A stretch of DNA of 64,000 nt from Candidatus Hermodarchaeota archaeon (GCA_016840065.1 JAEOTB010000010.1:33629-97628), one strand, 5' to 3'. Positions 1 through 10,409 are shown, numbered from the stretch's first letter. A program made the numbers and translations. Notes: generated from the sequence alone by a model not told the origin.

Positions 1-2020
1 CTCTGAGGAATCCAAGCTAGTAGAAGAATACTTGCCTCTCTTCTTGTCTCCTGCCGCTTATTTGCCCCGACTTTCTCTTGACATTGAAGTTGAGTCTCCT
101 ATAGCTGATAGAATTCCTGACCCCGTGGCAGCGGAGAATCCAGTCATCACGGTGGCTCTGTCAGATGACACTGGTACAGGTGTAGTGTTTCTACTCCTCC
201 GAAGCAATGAACAAGATGCCAAAGAACCAAATTTGCCTGAAGGAGTCTCCCACAAATATTTCACTGAAGAGCGCCAGCTCCTTGAGGCGGTTTTCCACAT
301 TCTCTGGCGGACTCCCATTCTAGCTACATTTAACGGAGATAATTTCGATCTTCGATATCTAGTAAACCGCGCGAAAAGGTTTGGAATCCCTACATCCGAT
401 ATTCCAATTCGTTTGCGCCAAGGATTGGGTAGTAATTTCGAAGCCCACCTGAAATATGGCGTTCATATTGACCTTTATCGGTTCTTCAATAATAGATCAA
501 TCCAGATCTACGCTTTCCGTAATCGCTATCGTGAATTTCGTTTAGAGGATATCAGCCAGGCCCTTCTGGGTGAAGGAAAACGCGAGCTTCCCGACTTGAT
601 TAGCCGCCTCCCCCCCGATATTCTCGCAGATTACTGCTGGCAGGACACGCATCTTACTATGAAACTCACCCAATTCGACAATAATCTAGTCCTCAGCCTT
701 ATTTTGCTTCTAATGCGAGTATCACACCAAGGGTTGCATGATCTCACACGTTCAGCAGTATCCAATTGGATTCGCAGCCTCCTTTACTACTCCCACCGAC
801 AGCGGGGTTACCTCATCCCACGAAAAGAGGAAATCGAAGCTCTGAAAGGAAAAGCTACCACCGAGGCGGTAATCAAGGGTAGAAAATACCTAGGAGCTAT
901 CGTCGTCGAACCTGTGGCAGGACTCCACTTCGATGTCACAGTCGTAGATTTCGCATCCTTGTATCCCAGTATTATGAAGGCATATAACATAAGTTACGAA
1001 ACAGTGCGATGTACTCATCCTGAATGTCGTAGCAACGAGGTGCCGGGCACTTCTCACTGGATATGTACCAAACGAAAGGGTCTCACAAGTCTCATCATAG
1101 GAATTATCCGCGATGTACGCGTTGAACACTTCAAACCCCGCTCGAAAGACAAAACTATGACAGAAACACAACGAAGCTGGTACAGCGTCGTAGAACAAGC
1201 CCTAAAGGTCTTTCTCAACGCGTCCTATGGTGTCATTGGGGCCGCCCACTTTCCTCTCTATTGCGCTCCTGCAGCTGAATCTATTACTGCGTACGGCCGG
1301 TATGCCATTACGGAGACTATCAAACAGGCTGAGTCACTCGGAGTTACCGTTCTGTACGGAGATACGGACAGCCTGTTCTTGGCGAAGCCGACAAAGGAGC
1401 AGCTGCGTAAGCTCATAGACTATAGCGAGCAGGCATTACGAGTAGAGTTGGATGTCGAGAAGGAATATCGATATCTCGCTCTTTCGAGCCGGAAGAAGAA
1501 CTATCTCGGAGTGACTAAGTCTGGTCACGTGGATATCAAGGGTTTAACTGGTAAGAAGCGGAACACGCCGCTCTTCCTTCAGAAGGCGTTTATGCAGATG
1601 GTTGATATTCTCCGCCAGGTTCAAACACCAAGAGATTTCTCAACTGCGAAAGATAGGATTCTACGACTTGCACGCGAACACCTAGCCAGACTAGAACGCC
1701 GGGAGTATCCTATTGAGGAACTGGCTATTCGAATGCAGATAACCAAACCCCTTGAAAGCTACGTAAAGACAACTCCCCAGCATGTCAAAGCTGCTCGCCA
1801 ACTCCAGGATGCTGGACGAGACGTATCCGCCGGTGACATTATCGCTTTCGTCAAGACCGTTGGTGGTGTCAAACCAGTAGAACAGGCATCCATTCAAGAT
1901 GTCGATATTGCGAAATACAAGGATTTAGTGAAAAGCACCTTCGAGCAGGTACTAGATGCTCTTGGAATCGAGTGGGTTGAAACCATCGGAATCCGTACGC
2001 TCGATACGTTCTTCGGATAA
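1..2020 (+). CDS. polB: Family B DNA polymerase (PolB1-type), 5'-truncated by the window edge
   Basis: Exo motifs DIE and TFNGDNFD, polymerase motifs DFASLYPS, KVFLNASYG and YGDTDS, C-terminal PIP box TLDTFFG. The frame is open from position 2. Confidence 0.97.
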   Translation, partial: SEESKLVEEYLPLFLSPAAYLPRLSLDIEVESPIADRIPDPVAAENPVITVALSDDTGTGVVFLLLRSNEQDAKEPNLPEGVSHKYFTEERQLLEAVFHILWRTPILATFNGDNFDLRYLVNRAKRFGIPTSDIPIRLRQGLGSNFEAHLKYGVHIDLYRFFNNRSIQIYAFRNRYREFRLEDISQALLGEGKRELPDLISRLPPDILADYCWQDTHLTMKLTQFDNNLVLSLILLLMRVSHQGLHDLTRSAVSNWIRSLLYYSHRQRGYLIPRKEEIEALKGKATTEAVIKGRKYLGAIVVEPVAGLHFDVTVVDFASLYPSIMKAYNISYETVRCTHPECRSNEVPGTSHWICTKRKGLTSLIIGIIRDVRVEHFKPRSKDKTMTETQRSWYSVVEQALKVFLNASYGVIGAAHFPLYCAPAAESITAYGRYAITETIKQAESLGVTVLYGDTDSLFLAKPTKEQLRKLIDYSEQALRVELDVEKEYRYLALSSRKKNYLGVTKSGHVDIKGLTGKKRNTPLFLQKAFMQMVDILRQVQTPRDFSTAKDRILRLAREHLARLERREYPIEELAIRMQITKPLESYVKTTPQHVKAARQLQDAGRDVSAGDIIAFVKTVGGVKPVEQASIQDVDIAKYKDLVKSTFEQVLDALGIEWVETIGIRTLDTFFG

Positions 2021-2126
2021 TCTGTGATAACTTTGAAAGTGCTTTCGCACTAATCTATTGATAGGTAACTTTATCATTAATCTTGTACACTTCTTTCTAG
2101 GAGATTCTATAGGAGTTGATGTTTAA

Positions 2127-3134
2127 TTGGAGCTCCGAGATTTATTGGTACGCGGCATAAACCCAATCTTAAATCCCCATGGATTGAACTCTAGTCTTGA
2201 TGAGTTTCTTTCTGTTTATGGCGGTGGATACCTAAAAAACATCACATCAGTTGTCAAAGATGTAACTGGCCGCACTTATTACTTGAGTAAAATGGCGCCG
2301 GCTGACGAGAAGTATCCCTCTTTCTTCACCGACCTTCTAGATGCAGCCGAATCAATTGGGTTTGTAGTTAGTGCCTACGTCAACGTTTTCGCTGATACGT
2401 TCTATGCTACAGATACAAGGTTTGCAGCTCATCGTGGTAATGGTCAAGGTCTCGAAGTGTTTGTATGTCCGAACAAACCCGAATTTCACAAACACATGAT
2501 TACAGTCGTGAAAGAAGTAGCAAAATACCCAATTCCAAGGCTTTTCCTAGGGAATCTGGGTTATGCTAGAAAAGACTGTTGTGTATGCGAGGATTGTCGC
2601 GCTGAATTTTCTAAGTATCTTGGTATTCGATATGAATTAGAAGGACCAAGTGCAATGGACCAAGAACAATATCAGAAGTGGGTTTTCTGGCGTCTGATGA
2701 AGATTAATGATATTGTACAACGTCTTGTAGAGGCAGCGAAGGAAGTGAATCGCGATTTGGACGTTATTCCTACTTTTCCCGTTGACTCTGAACTAGGTTT
2801 CTTGGAGAATTTCAAGACAGGGTTTGGCATAGACATTCAAACTATAGCAAGAACCGCCAATCATTTGGCTCTTGAAATAAGCCCCTACACACCTATTCTA
2901 CCCGATCCTGATGGTCCTGAATTCACTAAATTTGTAGATAATCTAAGTTTCATTTCAGACCTTCGCAGTGAAGGAGTTGACATCCATATTATTCATGGGG
3001 TCCTAGAGAATGAGGAGGAATATAGCCACGCAAAAGCACTCGCTGAAGCAGTTGGACTTAGGCAATTCTATACTCAGATGACTTATCCTCCTAGGTTTCG
3101 AACACTCCGTGAGGAAAGGCTAGGGCTCCGCTAA
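2127..3134 (+). CDS. Glycosyl hydrolase-like (GHL10/GH42-like) TIM-barrel protein, possibly non-catalytic
   Basis: CPNKPEF followed by the CxCxxC Zn motif (CCVCEDCRAEF) and WVFWR, as in GHL10/GH42-like proteins. Confidence 0.55.
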   Translation: MELRDLLVRGINPILNPHGLNSSLDEFLSVYGGGYLKNITSVVKDVTGRTYYLSKMAPADEKYPSFFTDLLDAAESIGFVVSAYVNVFADTFYATDTRFAAHRGNGQGLEVFVCPNKPEFHKHMITVVKEVAKYPIPRLFLGNLGYARKDCCVCEDCRAEFSKYLGIRYELEGPSAMDQEQYQKWVFWRLMKINDIVQRLVEAAKEVNRDLDVIPTFPVDSELGFLENFKTGFGIDIQTIARTANHLALEISPYTPILPDPDGPEFTKFVDNLSFISDLRSEGVDIHIIHGVLENEEEYSHAKALAEAVGLRQFYTQMTYPPRFRTLREERLGLR

Positions 3135-3150
3135 ATCGGGGCGAAAGATT

Positions 3151-3789
3151 ATGACAGAAGCAATTTCTCGACTCGAAGAACTTTACCGTTGGCTAATAAG
3201 TGCAGAAGTAACTACGAAACAAGAAATGGCAGCAAAAGCTGAAATTCTCTCCCTTCTTCCTCAAGTCAAAGCTGCGATACATTCAGAAGATTCACCTGAA
3301 GCAAGACAACTAGCTGAGAAGTTTGAGAAACTCCATGAACATATCACCCGATGGAATCCACTAACAGCTTGGTTCCGCGATGATGAAGTCATTGGGGAAA
3401 TCTTCTTTGAACTCCTCTCAAAAGTTCGGCTCATGTTGATTAGGCAGCAAGGTTCATCCTCTGGCCAATCAGCTTTAGTTACTGAGAGTCTGGAGTCAAT
3501 ACGCCAGACTGTCACTCAGCTTGCGGCTCGCGTTGATGAGCTTCAGAGTACGATGAAGATTATTCGTGAAATCATATCTCCAACCGAGGAGCAATGGCAG
3601 TTATACCAACGCATCGTAGGGTTATCTAACCGAGCCAATGAGCTAGAGCGCCGCATTGCAGAATTTGAATCCGGTGATGCTCCAAAAACCGAAGCTGATA
3701 GAGCAAGGATTGTAAAATGGAAAGAGGGTTTCCAAAAGCTGAATAAGCAAATTATCGCACTACGTAAACTGGCACTTCAAAGCAGATAA
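3151..3789 (+). CDS. Coiled-coil hypothetical protein
   Basis: 212-aa helical, heptad-rich ORF 16 nt downstream of the preceding gene. Confidence 0.7.
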   Translation: MTEAISRLEELYRWLISAEVTTKQEMAAKAEILSLLPQVKAAIHSEDSPEARQLAEKFEKLHEHITRWNPLTAWFRDDEVIGEIFFELLSKVRLMLIRQQGSSSGQSALVTESLESIRQTVTQLAARVDELQSTMKIIREIISPTEEQWQLYQRIVGLSNRANELERRIAEFESGDAPKTEADRARIVKWKEGFQKLNKQIIALRKLALQSR

Positions 3790-3824
3790 GCCTACTAAAC
3801 GCCTTCTCATTCTCGGGAAATCTG

Positions 3825-4631
3825 TTATTTCTGACTCCTTCTACAACGAGTGCAGAAATCAACTCCCACTCGCAAATCCTGTCCACAATGAACACAAAAA
3901 CGGTGGAAAGTACCAGTGGTTGAGCTAGGTGCAGTTGAATGTGTAGGGTGTTCGTGTCTTTGTTCCTCTTTGGCATATCTTCGCTTTGGGGTAAATGGTG
4001 CCTGTGGGGTGGTTCTATCACGAGAGGCGCTAGCAGTTCCGGAATGATGCTTATAACCACCGGAGCTGCTCTCAAAAAGACCACCAATATCGATTATAGT
4101 GTCTGAAGTTTTTGAGTGATGGGGTGCCGTGTGAGTGCTACCTCTTTCGTGATGAGTAGCTTGTGCTGACCAACCTCGTCTAGTTTCAAGGCTTCTCTCA
4201 CCCGTTGCTACTGCTGCAGAATGAGGAGTTGGTTGAGGTGCTGGTTGAATTAGTATTTCGTGGGGCCATCTCCGCTCCGCTGAATGTAAGAAGCGCTGAT
4301 GACACTCTTGTTGAATCGAACTGTATTCATCCTTACTCATTCCTAACAGCTGGAGTGCATCATCTCTAAGGCGACATTCTCGGGAAAGATCGCAACAAAA
4401 AGCAAGACTCCCGAAACAGGTGACTGACATGGCCTGAGCAGCTGATATCTTTGTGAGAGGGCGAATACGATGATTCCCGATGAAAAGCACGCCACCAACA
4501 TCGCGTACTTGTGTCATTGCCTGCTCTTCTAGAGCACTTATGACCTCTCTAGCAGAATAGGCTTGTCCATTAATGATAACAAGTCCTCGCCGCTGATACT
4601 GACCCATAATTATCTGAACCTCCGCTCCCAA
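3825..4631 (-). CDS. Methanogenesis-marker-9-like Cys domain protein with a C-terminal zinc ribbon
   Basis: TCFGSLAFCC-x5-C-x2-RD-x-AL motif, low-complexity linker, C-terminal CVHC...CTRC. Confidence 0.65.
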   Translation of the reverse strand: MGAEVQIIMGQYQRRGLVIINGQAYSAREVISALEEQAMTQVRDVGGVLFIGNHRIRPLTKISAAQAMSVTCFGSLAFCCDLSRECRLRDDALQLLGMSKDEYSSIQQECHQRFLHSAERRWPHEILIQPAPQPTPHSAAVATGERSLETRRGWSAQATHHERGSTHTAPHHSKTSDTIIDIGGLFESSSGGYKHHSGTASASRDRTTPQAPFTPKRRYAKEEQRHEHPTHSTAPSSTTGTFHRFCVHCGQDLRVGVDFCTRCRRSQK

Positions 4632-4802
4632 AGAAGGCGACTTAATTCTTTAATTTTACCTATCGTTGAAATAGGTGTAGAGCCTCTGAAACATCGTTTT
4701 AAGAATGCAAAAACTGGGAATATCACTGTTTATTAGGTTTGTGCGCCCTTTCATCACAGAAAACCTTTAAGCTAAAGGGGAAAAACTCGCGTTGAGAAAG
4801 AA

Positions 4803-4991
4803 ATGACTATTGTCACGTGCCCGAAATGCCAATTCCGATTTGATACAACGTACGGTCGTGCTATGGCCTGTGGGGGTTGTCCATCAGCCACATTGGGCAA
4901 TTGTGGGCATGCTAAATGTCCAAAATGCCAGCACGAATTCTCACTAGATACACAATCAGAAGGAACAACATATGGACGCCGCGTCACATGA
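4803..4991 (+). CDS. Small Cys-rich zinc-ribbon protein
   Basis: 62 aa with CPKC, CGGC, C and CPKC; TTTAAG TATA-like box upstream. Confidence 0.7.
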   Translation: MTIVTCPKCQFRFDTTYGRAMACGGCPSATLGNCGHAKCPKCQHEFSLDTQSEGTTYGRRVT

Positions 4992-5012
4992 TATACTTTC
5001 TCTATTCTCTGC

Positions 5013-7907
5013 TTAAACAAGATAAAGGGCTGGACGTCCAGGCAGTGCCTTAGATGCGCGGTTCTCAGGATCTTCCGATGGATTATCCGAATCTTGGATA
5101 ATTACAGTAAGTCCAGTTTCGGATTGGATGAGGTCAATGCTATCGGAAAGTGCCTGTAGCTCAGTAGCTTTGTCCGCGAAAGTCCAGAAGCCACCAGCTT
5201 TAGCGACAGCTTTAACAAGTTCGCCAATATCCTTTCCTCTCTCACGATGGTCTGGATCTGACATCAATACTGGCATTAGGTCCTTGATAGTTAGAGGTTT
5301 TTGTGAGGCATGAAGTTTTGAAAGGGCATCAAACTTCCAACTTGGACTAGTGTAGATGTGTACAGTTTTTGGTTGTTTGCTTTTGAGTAAACCCTTGACT
5401 TCCTTAATGTCAGCGATTGTCTGTAAAACTACCTCAATAGCTTTCTCCACTTTTTCGTCTTGGAATTGTTTTTCAACACCTGGCCATGACTCAAGTGAAA
5501 TGAATGAGATGTTACCCATTCTCTCCCAAATCTCTTCGCAAAGATGAGGAATGACTGGTGATAGAAGCTTCACCCATCTTTCAGCTACATAGCGTAGAAC
5601 TTTGTTTCGCTCAGGTTCATTGTTCTTCATTCTACGTTGGTAATACTCAACATGATTTTGGAGCTTGAAGAAAGCTTCTAGAATGTAGGTTCGGAATCGA
5701 TACTGTTCTAAGGCTTCTGTGGCTATATCGATTATTGTATTGACCTTAGATAGAAGCCATCGACTCGTGAGATTCAAACTTGCTGGCTCTAACGAAGCGA
5801 GTTCAATCTTAGTACTTGAGACAAGTGTGCGAACTAGCCGGTTCAGCCTTCGACGAATAGTAACTACTTCTTTGTCGCGCCAATCAATCAAGGTCGCTAA
5901 ATCGCCTATCTGACTGATGTATAGTCGGAAAAGATCAGCAGAATAACGCTTGGGAATCTCGGCCATCGGTATTACATTGCCCTTGCTCTTACTCATCTTC
6001 CTGCCTTCTAGAATTACAAATTCGTTCAACGTTATTGTCTTTGGCCAGTGGCGTTCAGGGAAAATGGCTGTATGATGATAGATGAAGAAGGAAAGATGAT
6101 TCGGTATGTGGTCATATGCGGTGTGGCGGTGCTCGTTTGGATACCAGTACTCAACTTCATTTCGCATAGTTTCAAGTAACGAGGGAGGTATTTTTGTTTG
6201 CTTTGCTACTTTGTCGATTTCTCCTTCTCCTAGCAATACAAAATCGAAGAATCCTTGGGTTAACTGGTCTGCCTTGATTCTATGCTCGCGTAAGTGATGG
6301 ATGATAAGGTAGAAGCTCATATAGATTGTTGAGTCTGAGAGGGATTCGATTATCCAGCGCTTATCGAAGGGAAATGGTGTGCCTAGTCCGCGTCTACGGG
6401 CACAAGGTCGTTCCCCAAGCCAATCGAATGTTGTCTCAAAAAGGCGCCTATAGCTTTCAGGAAATATTACCATCTGTTCTAAGGCTGAAGTCGCTTGTTC
6501 CTTCCATTCGGGGTCGCCGTAATTTATGAACCATTGATCTTGTAGTACTGCGACAATCGCATCAGTGCCGCAGCGGCAGATTACAGGTTTTCGATCAGGC
6601 TGGTAGAATCGAAAGGCTCGATTCTGCTCCTCTAAATATGCGATGACATCATCCTTGATTTCATTAACGCGGCGTCCGGCGAATGGTCCACAGTTGTCTT
6701 TCATGGTGCCTCCGTAATATTCAGCTTTGTATAGGATTTCGGTGGCTTCCTCTAATTTATCTGCCTCTTCTTGGCTAGTGATTTTCATCTTCTCTACAAT
6801 CTCTACTGCAGGGTGTTCGCCATACCCTTCAACAGTAATTATCGAGATTGGCTGAATTGACCTAGTTGCATAGGTACCAAGCTTGAAACTTCGTATCCTC
6901 TTGACATCTGCTTGAAGGTCACGAAGCGCCGCCCAATCAAAAGGCGCATGTGAAGGGACACTGTAGACGACGCCTGTTGCATTCTCAGGGTCTACAAAAT
7001 CGGCAGGAAGAATCGGAATATCTCGGTCTTCAACCGGAGATGAGCAGGATTTTCCAATGAACTTCTGTCCTAAATGTTCGGATACGTGTACTACTTTATG
7101 GCCTTGTTTGCGTAGCTTGTTTATTGCGGGTTTGGCTATATACCAATACTCCTCTCCAACTTTGATTTTTACAATAATGCTTTTCGGGTTCACCCAGATG
7201 TTGGTCAACCCATAAACAGTTTCAGGGCGAAGAGTAGCAGCCACTAGAAAACCATCATTAAAAGGAAATTTGATGGCTACGAACTCTGATATCTTGGCAT
7301 GCTCGCCTTCTAAAAGATCATCCTCGCCTACTGCATTGTTACAGGATGGGCAATAGAGAATTGGGTAAGCACCTTTGGTGATATATCCTCGCTTCTTCAA
7401 CTTGTTGAACTGCCAAGTAACGAAGGCATGATACTCTGGGTCGTTTGTTGTGAATTTCCTCCGCCAATCAACCGAATATCCCACCTTACGGAAGTCTCTT
7501 TCAATGTTTCCACTGAAAAACCGTGCTATGGACATGGGGTCAGTGAAAGAACCAAGAATCGTCTCAACTTCTTTCTTAGGGCGATAAAGCCTGATGTGCC
7601 CACGATACTCCTTCAAGATAGTGGGGTCCTTGTCCTGGATACGTCTAGCGACACCGAAAACTGGAGTACCAGTTACATGTGCAGCCATTGGCCAAAGGAC
7701 ATTGAAGCCACGCATGCGTTTGTAACGTGCAATGATATCACCAATAGTATATGGGCGACCATGACCCACATGTAGTGGTGCGTTAGCATATGGATAAGGC
7801 ACCGTTATGTAAAACTTAGGTCGTTGTGGGTCTGGATCTGCTAGGAATGCCTCAGCTTCACGCCAACGCATCTGCCACTTCGGTTCAATATCCTTAAAGT
7901 CAATCAA
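5013..7907 (-). CDS. leuS: Leucyl-tRNA synthetase (archaeal type)
   Basis: PYPYANAPLHVGH (HIGH), KMSKS, CP1 editing domain, C-terminal KALPGRPALY. Confidence 0.98.
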   Translation of the reverse strand: MIDFKDIEPKWQMRWREAEAFLADPDPQRPKFYITVPYPYANAPLHVGHGRPYTIGDIIARYKRMRGFNVLWPMAAHVTGTPVFGVARRIQDKDPTILKEYRGHIRLYRPKKEVETILGSFTDPMSIARFFSGNIERDFRKVGYSVDWRRKFTTNDPEYHAFVTWQFNKLKKRGYITKGAYPILYCPSCNNAVGEDDLLEGEHAKISEFVAIKFPFNDGFLVAATLRPETVYGLTNIWVNPKSIIVKIKVGEEYWYIAKPAINKLRKQGHKVVHVSEHLGQKFIGKSCSSPVEDRDIPILPADFVDPENATGVVYSVPSHAPFDWAALRDLQADVKRIRSFKLGTYATRSIQPISIITVEGYGEHPAVEIVEKMKITSQEEADKLEEATEILYKAEYYGGTMKDNCGPFAGRRVNEIKDDVIAYLEEQNRAFRFYQPDRKPVICRCGTDAIVAVLQDQWFINYGDPEWKEQATSALEQMVIFPESYRRLFETTFDWLGERPCARRRGLGTPFPFDKRWIIESLSDSTIYMSFYLIIHHLREHRIKADQLTQGFFDFVLLGEGEIDKVAKQTKIPPSLLETMRNEVEYWYPNEHRHTAYDHIPNHLSFFIYHHTAIFPERHWPKTITLNEFVILEGRKMSKSKGNVIPMAEIPKRYSADLFRLYISQIGDLATLIDWRDKEVVTIRRRLNRLVRTLVSSTKIELASLEPASLNLTSRWLLSKVNTIIDIATEALEQYRFRTYILEAFFKLQNHVEYYQRRMKNNEPERNKVLRYVAERWVKLLSPVIPHLCEEIWERMGNISFISLESWPGVEKQFQDEKVEKAIEVVLQTIADIKEVKGLLKSKQPKTVHIYTSPSWKFDALSKLHASQKPLTIKDLMPVLMSDPDHRERGKDIGELVKAVAKAGGFWTFADKATELQALSDSIDLIQSETGLTVIIQDSDNPSEDPENRASKALPGRPALYLV

Positions 7908-8162
7908 TTGTATGGACCTCCATTGGCTTTCGAATATGTAATTTGAATAATCTTCTGCTGCAAGTCTTTACAATCGCAGAGGGATTTGGCATAATATCTA
8001 CAAAAGAAACACGGTGTTGATTGTGAGAACGCTATCCCTCATTTCATAACACCAAGAAAAACAATAGCCACCTCTTACAAAAACCTTTCCCATTAGGTTG
8101 CTATTATTCTTACTGAGAAACACAAAAGAAGAAAAGCCTAATCCGCTTTAACCCTAGACAGA

Positions 8163-8921
8163 ATGTCTACTCTTCGATGCCCTCAATGCCACCATAGAGT
8201 CCATCCACAGGATCCGACTTGTGGGTTCTGTGGCTTTAGGTTTAGATATGATCGGTTTGAGCGGGTTCTTCCCTTTATGCGGAGACCAGAACGTCGCTGG
8301 CAGGGACGGCTTTCACTAAGGCAACGTTTGTGGTCGACACTAACTGTTCCAAGCATCGCTTTCTGGGACATCGCCCGGGACCCTGACAGAGCCGGACCGT
8401 TTCTAATATTCCTTGGAAACATTCTCTCCATATCTCTCTTTTACCTCCTGATAATAATGAAGACCACTAGTACTGCGAGTCTTCTCTATGGCTTTTTAGG
8501 GGTCTTCCTGATATATTCTCTTCTTCATCTGGTCTACAATCTACTCTTCTACGGTATAATACACATCATTATCCGTCTTTCAGGAAGGAAGGGGCCGTTC
8601 GGGGACACATTCATCCTTGGTCAATACTCTGCATTGCCTCTGCTGCTCGCTAATCTACTATCACTAGTAGTTCTGGCAATGTTTCTACCTTCTGTTCCAG
8701 TTTCAGAATTAATGTTCATAGTCTATCCTTACCAGTCTATCTGGCTTGTTTTCTGGATTCTCACAGCCATAGCCTCACTGTGGGGAGCAGTTCTCCTGGC
8801 ATTGGGAATTCGTGAGCGCTATCATATGTCAACCAGTTTAGCATTCATGGCTACATTCACGGTAACGGTGATAGTTGTAATGCTAGGAATATTTGCCAGA
8901 CTTTCATTGCCGATTATTTAA
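8163..8921 (+). CDS. Yip1-family membrane protein with an N-terminal zinc ribbon
   Basis: CPQC...CGFC, then LTVPSIAFWDI and about 5 TM helices with YSALP and GIRERY, typical of Yip1. Confidence 0.75.
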   Translation: MSTLRCPQCHHRVHPQDPTCGFCGFRFRYDRFERVLPFMRRPERRWQGRLSLRQRLWSTLTVPSIAFWDIARDPDRAGPFLIFLGNILSISLFYLLIIMKTTSTASLLYGFLGVFLIYSLLHLVYNLLFYGIIHIIIRLSGRKGPFGDTFILGQYSALPLLLANLLSLVVLAMFLPSVPVSELMFIVYPYQSIWLVFWILTAIASLWGAVLLALGIRERYHMSTSLAFMATFTVTVIVVMLGIFARLSLPII

Positions 8922-9945
8922 TGAGAACAAGAAGCTTTAGGGGTTGAGCGAGGCTCTTATCATTAATGAAAATTGGCTCCTTCTTCTTCACGCGCATTCG
9001 CCCGAGAATCTGGTCGTCGGATAATATTCGTCCCCGGAACATAATCTTGGGGGCTAATAGCCCAAAGGTCATGATGAGCCTGTTCTTCAACTCGGTTACG
9101 GATTCACCTCGACCAACCGTGAATATCTCACCTTTTATCCGGAACCGATCACTGCAAAGAAAACAATTTGGATTCAAAGCTAACTTGAGAGTGGTGAATC
9201 TCTGGTAGAGGCCATCATAGAAAAGGAAATTATCAAGGGCTTTACCAATACCCAGCAAATGCTTAAGCGCTTCTTGAAACTGAATACCAGCGATGACAGT
9301 AGCCACACTCAATAACGCAGGAAACTTGGGAGGCGGCTCCTCAGTCTTACGACGCTGACCTGGTGGAGTGCAAGCCTTCTGTAAACGCTCTTGAGGGATG
9401 AGGGGCTGACATTCTAAGCAGGGAGTCTGAAACGGAATAACCCGTTGCACATTTCCCCACCACCCAAACATACCTCCATGGATTAGTGGTTTCTTTTTTT
9501 GTACGCAGAGGGAGTTGAGCCAGCGGCGTGCTTCGAAGTTGTCAAGCCCATCTACAATGAGGTCTACTTCGTCCCAGATGGTGTGGGGGACCTGCTGGAT
9601 GGCTCTGTTTAGTGAGAGGACTTGGACATCAGGGTTTGCTGCTCGGAGTCTTTGGCCTGCTATAACCGCCTTTGGTTCTCCAATATCTTGGTCAGTGTAA
9701 AGGAATTGTCGGCTCAGATTAGACATTTCAATTGTATCGTAGTCAACAACTACTACTTTTCCTATCCCTGTAAGAACAAGATCAAGTGCAGTTATGGTAC
9801 CTAGTGCGCCAACACCAGCCACGAGCACAGAGGAACGTGCCAGTTTTTCCTGATCCCAACCATCCATCAAGAGTTGCCTTGCATATCGATCAAATGTATG
9901 ATAGATAGGTGGGCGCTTTTCCTCTGGCTTTGCTTGTTCTACCAC
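8914..9945 (-). CDS. Ubiquitin-activating enzyme E1 (ThiF/UBA domain, catalytic Cys, C-terminal ubiquitin-fold domain)
   Basis: DRYARQ, GVGALG, DYDTIEMSNLSRQFL, GLDNFEARRWLN, CLEC, catalytic ACT, CFLC. The likely start is GTG at 9945 after GAGGT. Confidence 0.93.
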   Translation of the reverse strand: MVEQAKPEEKRPPIYHTFDRYARQLLMDGWDQEKLARSSVLVAGVGALGTITALDLVLTGIGKVVVVDYDTIEMSNLSRQFLYTDQDIGEPKAVIAGQRLRAANPDVQVLSLNRAIQQVPHTIWDEVDLIVDGLDNFEARRWLNSLCVQKKKPLIHGGMFGWWGNVQRVIPFQTPCLECQPLIPQERLQKACTPPGQRRKTEEPPPKFPALLSVATVIAGIQFQEALKHLLGIGKALDNFLFYDGLYQRFTTLKLALNPNCFLCSDRFRIKGEIFTVGRGESVTELKNRLIMTFGLLAPKIMFRGRILSDDQILGRMRVKKKEPIFINDKSLAQPLKLLVLIK

Positions 9946-9947
9946 AG

Positions 9948-10409
9948 CTAAGACCTCTGTATTTGGTCCCATCCAGCATGACGGCGTATCCATTCACGGA
10001 CGGTTCGTTCAAACTGCGCTGGGTTCTGTTTGACTTGGCGTGCAGCACTCTGATTTAGCGGGTCATCGGGGTTAGGGAAGTTCAAGAGATTACGCAAGGT
10101 TTCAACGAGACCAGTTAGTGAAGTGCTAGGTAACCAATCCTTTCCTATAATCCCAACACACACTCGTCCCCTATGAATGTTAGGGTGCCATATCTTGGTT
10201 ACGAATCGAACCTTTGGCGGCTCATATGGGAACGCTCGAGGAACTATAATCTGAATTACAAAGACTCCTCCGTCGTAAACCCCAGTACCAAGGATGAAGC
10301 CCTGCCAGCGTCTAAGATCGCCATTGATTGGCTGGAATGAGGGCTCCTCAGTTTCCATGCTCTTCGCTTCTAGGGCAAGCCTTGCCCAAAAGTCCTCTTC
10401 TGATAGCAT
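9948..10409 (-). CDS. Ubiquitin-conjugating enzyme E2
   Basis: FPYEPPKVRFVTKIWHPNI-x4-VC (catalytic Cys), PNPDDPLN. Confidence 0.96.
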   Translation of the reverse strand: MLSEEDFWARLALEAKSMETEEPSFQPINGDLRRWQGFILGTGVYDGGVFVIQIIVPRAFPYEPPKVRFVTKIWHPNIHRGRVCVGIIGKDWLPSTSLTGLVETLRNLLNFPNPDDPLNQSAARQVKQNPAQFERTVREWIRRHAGWDQIQRS

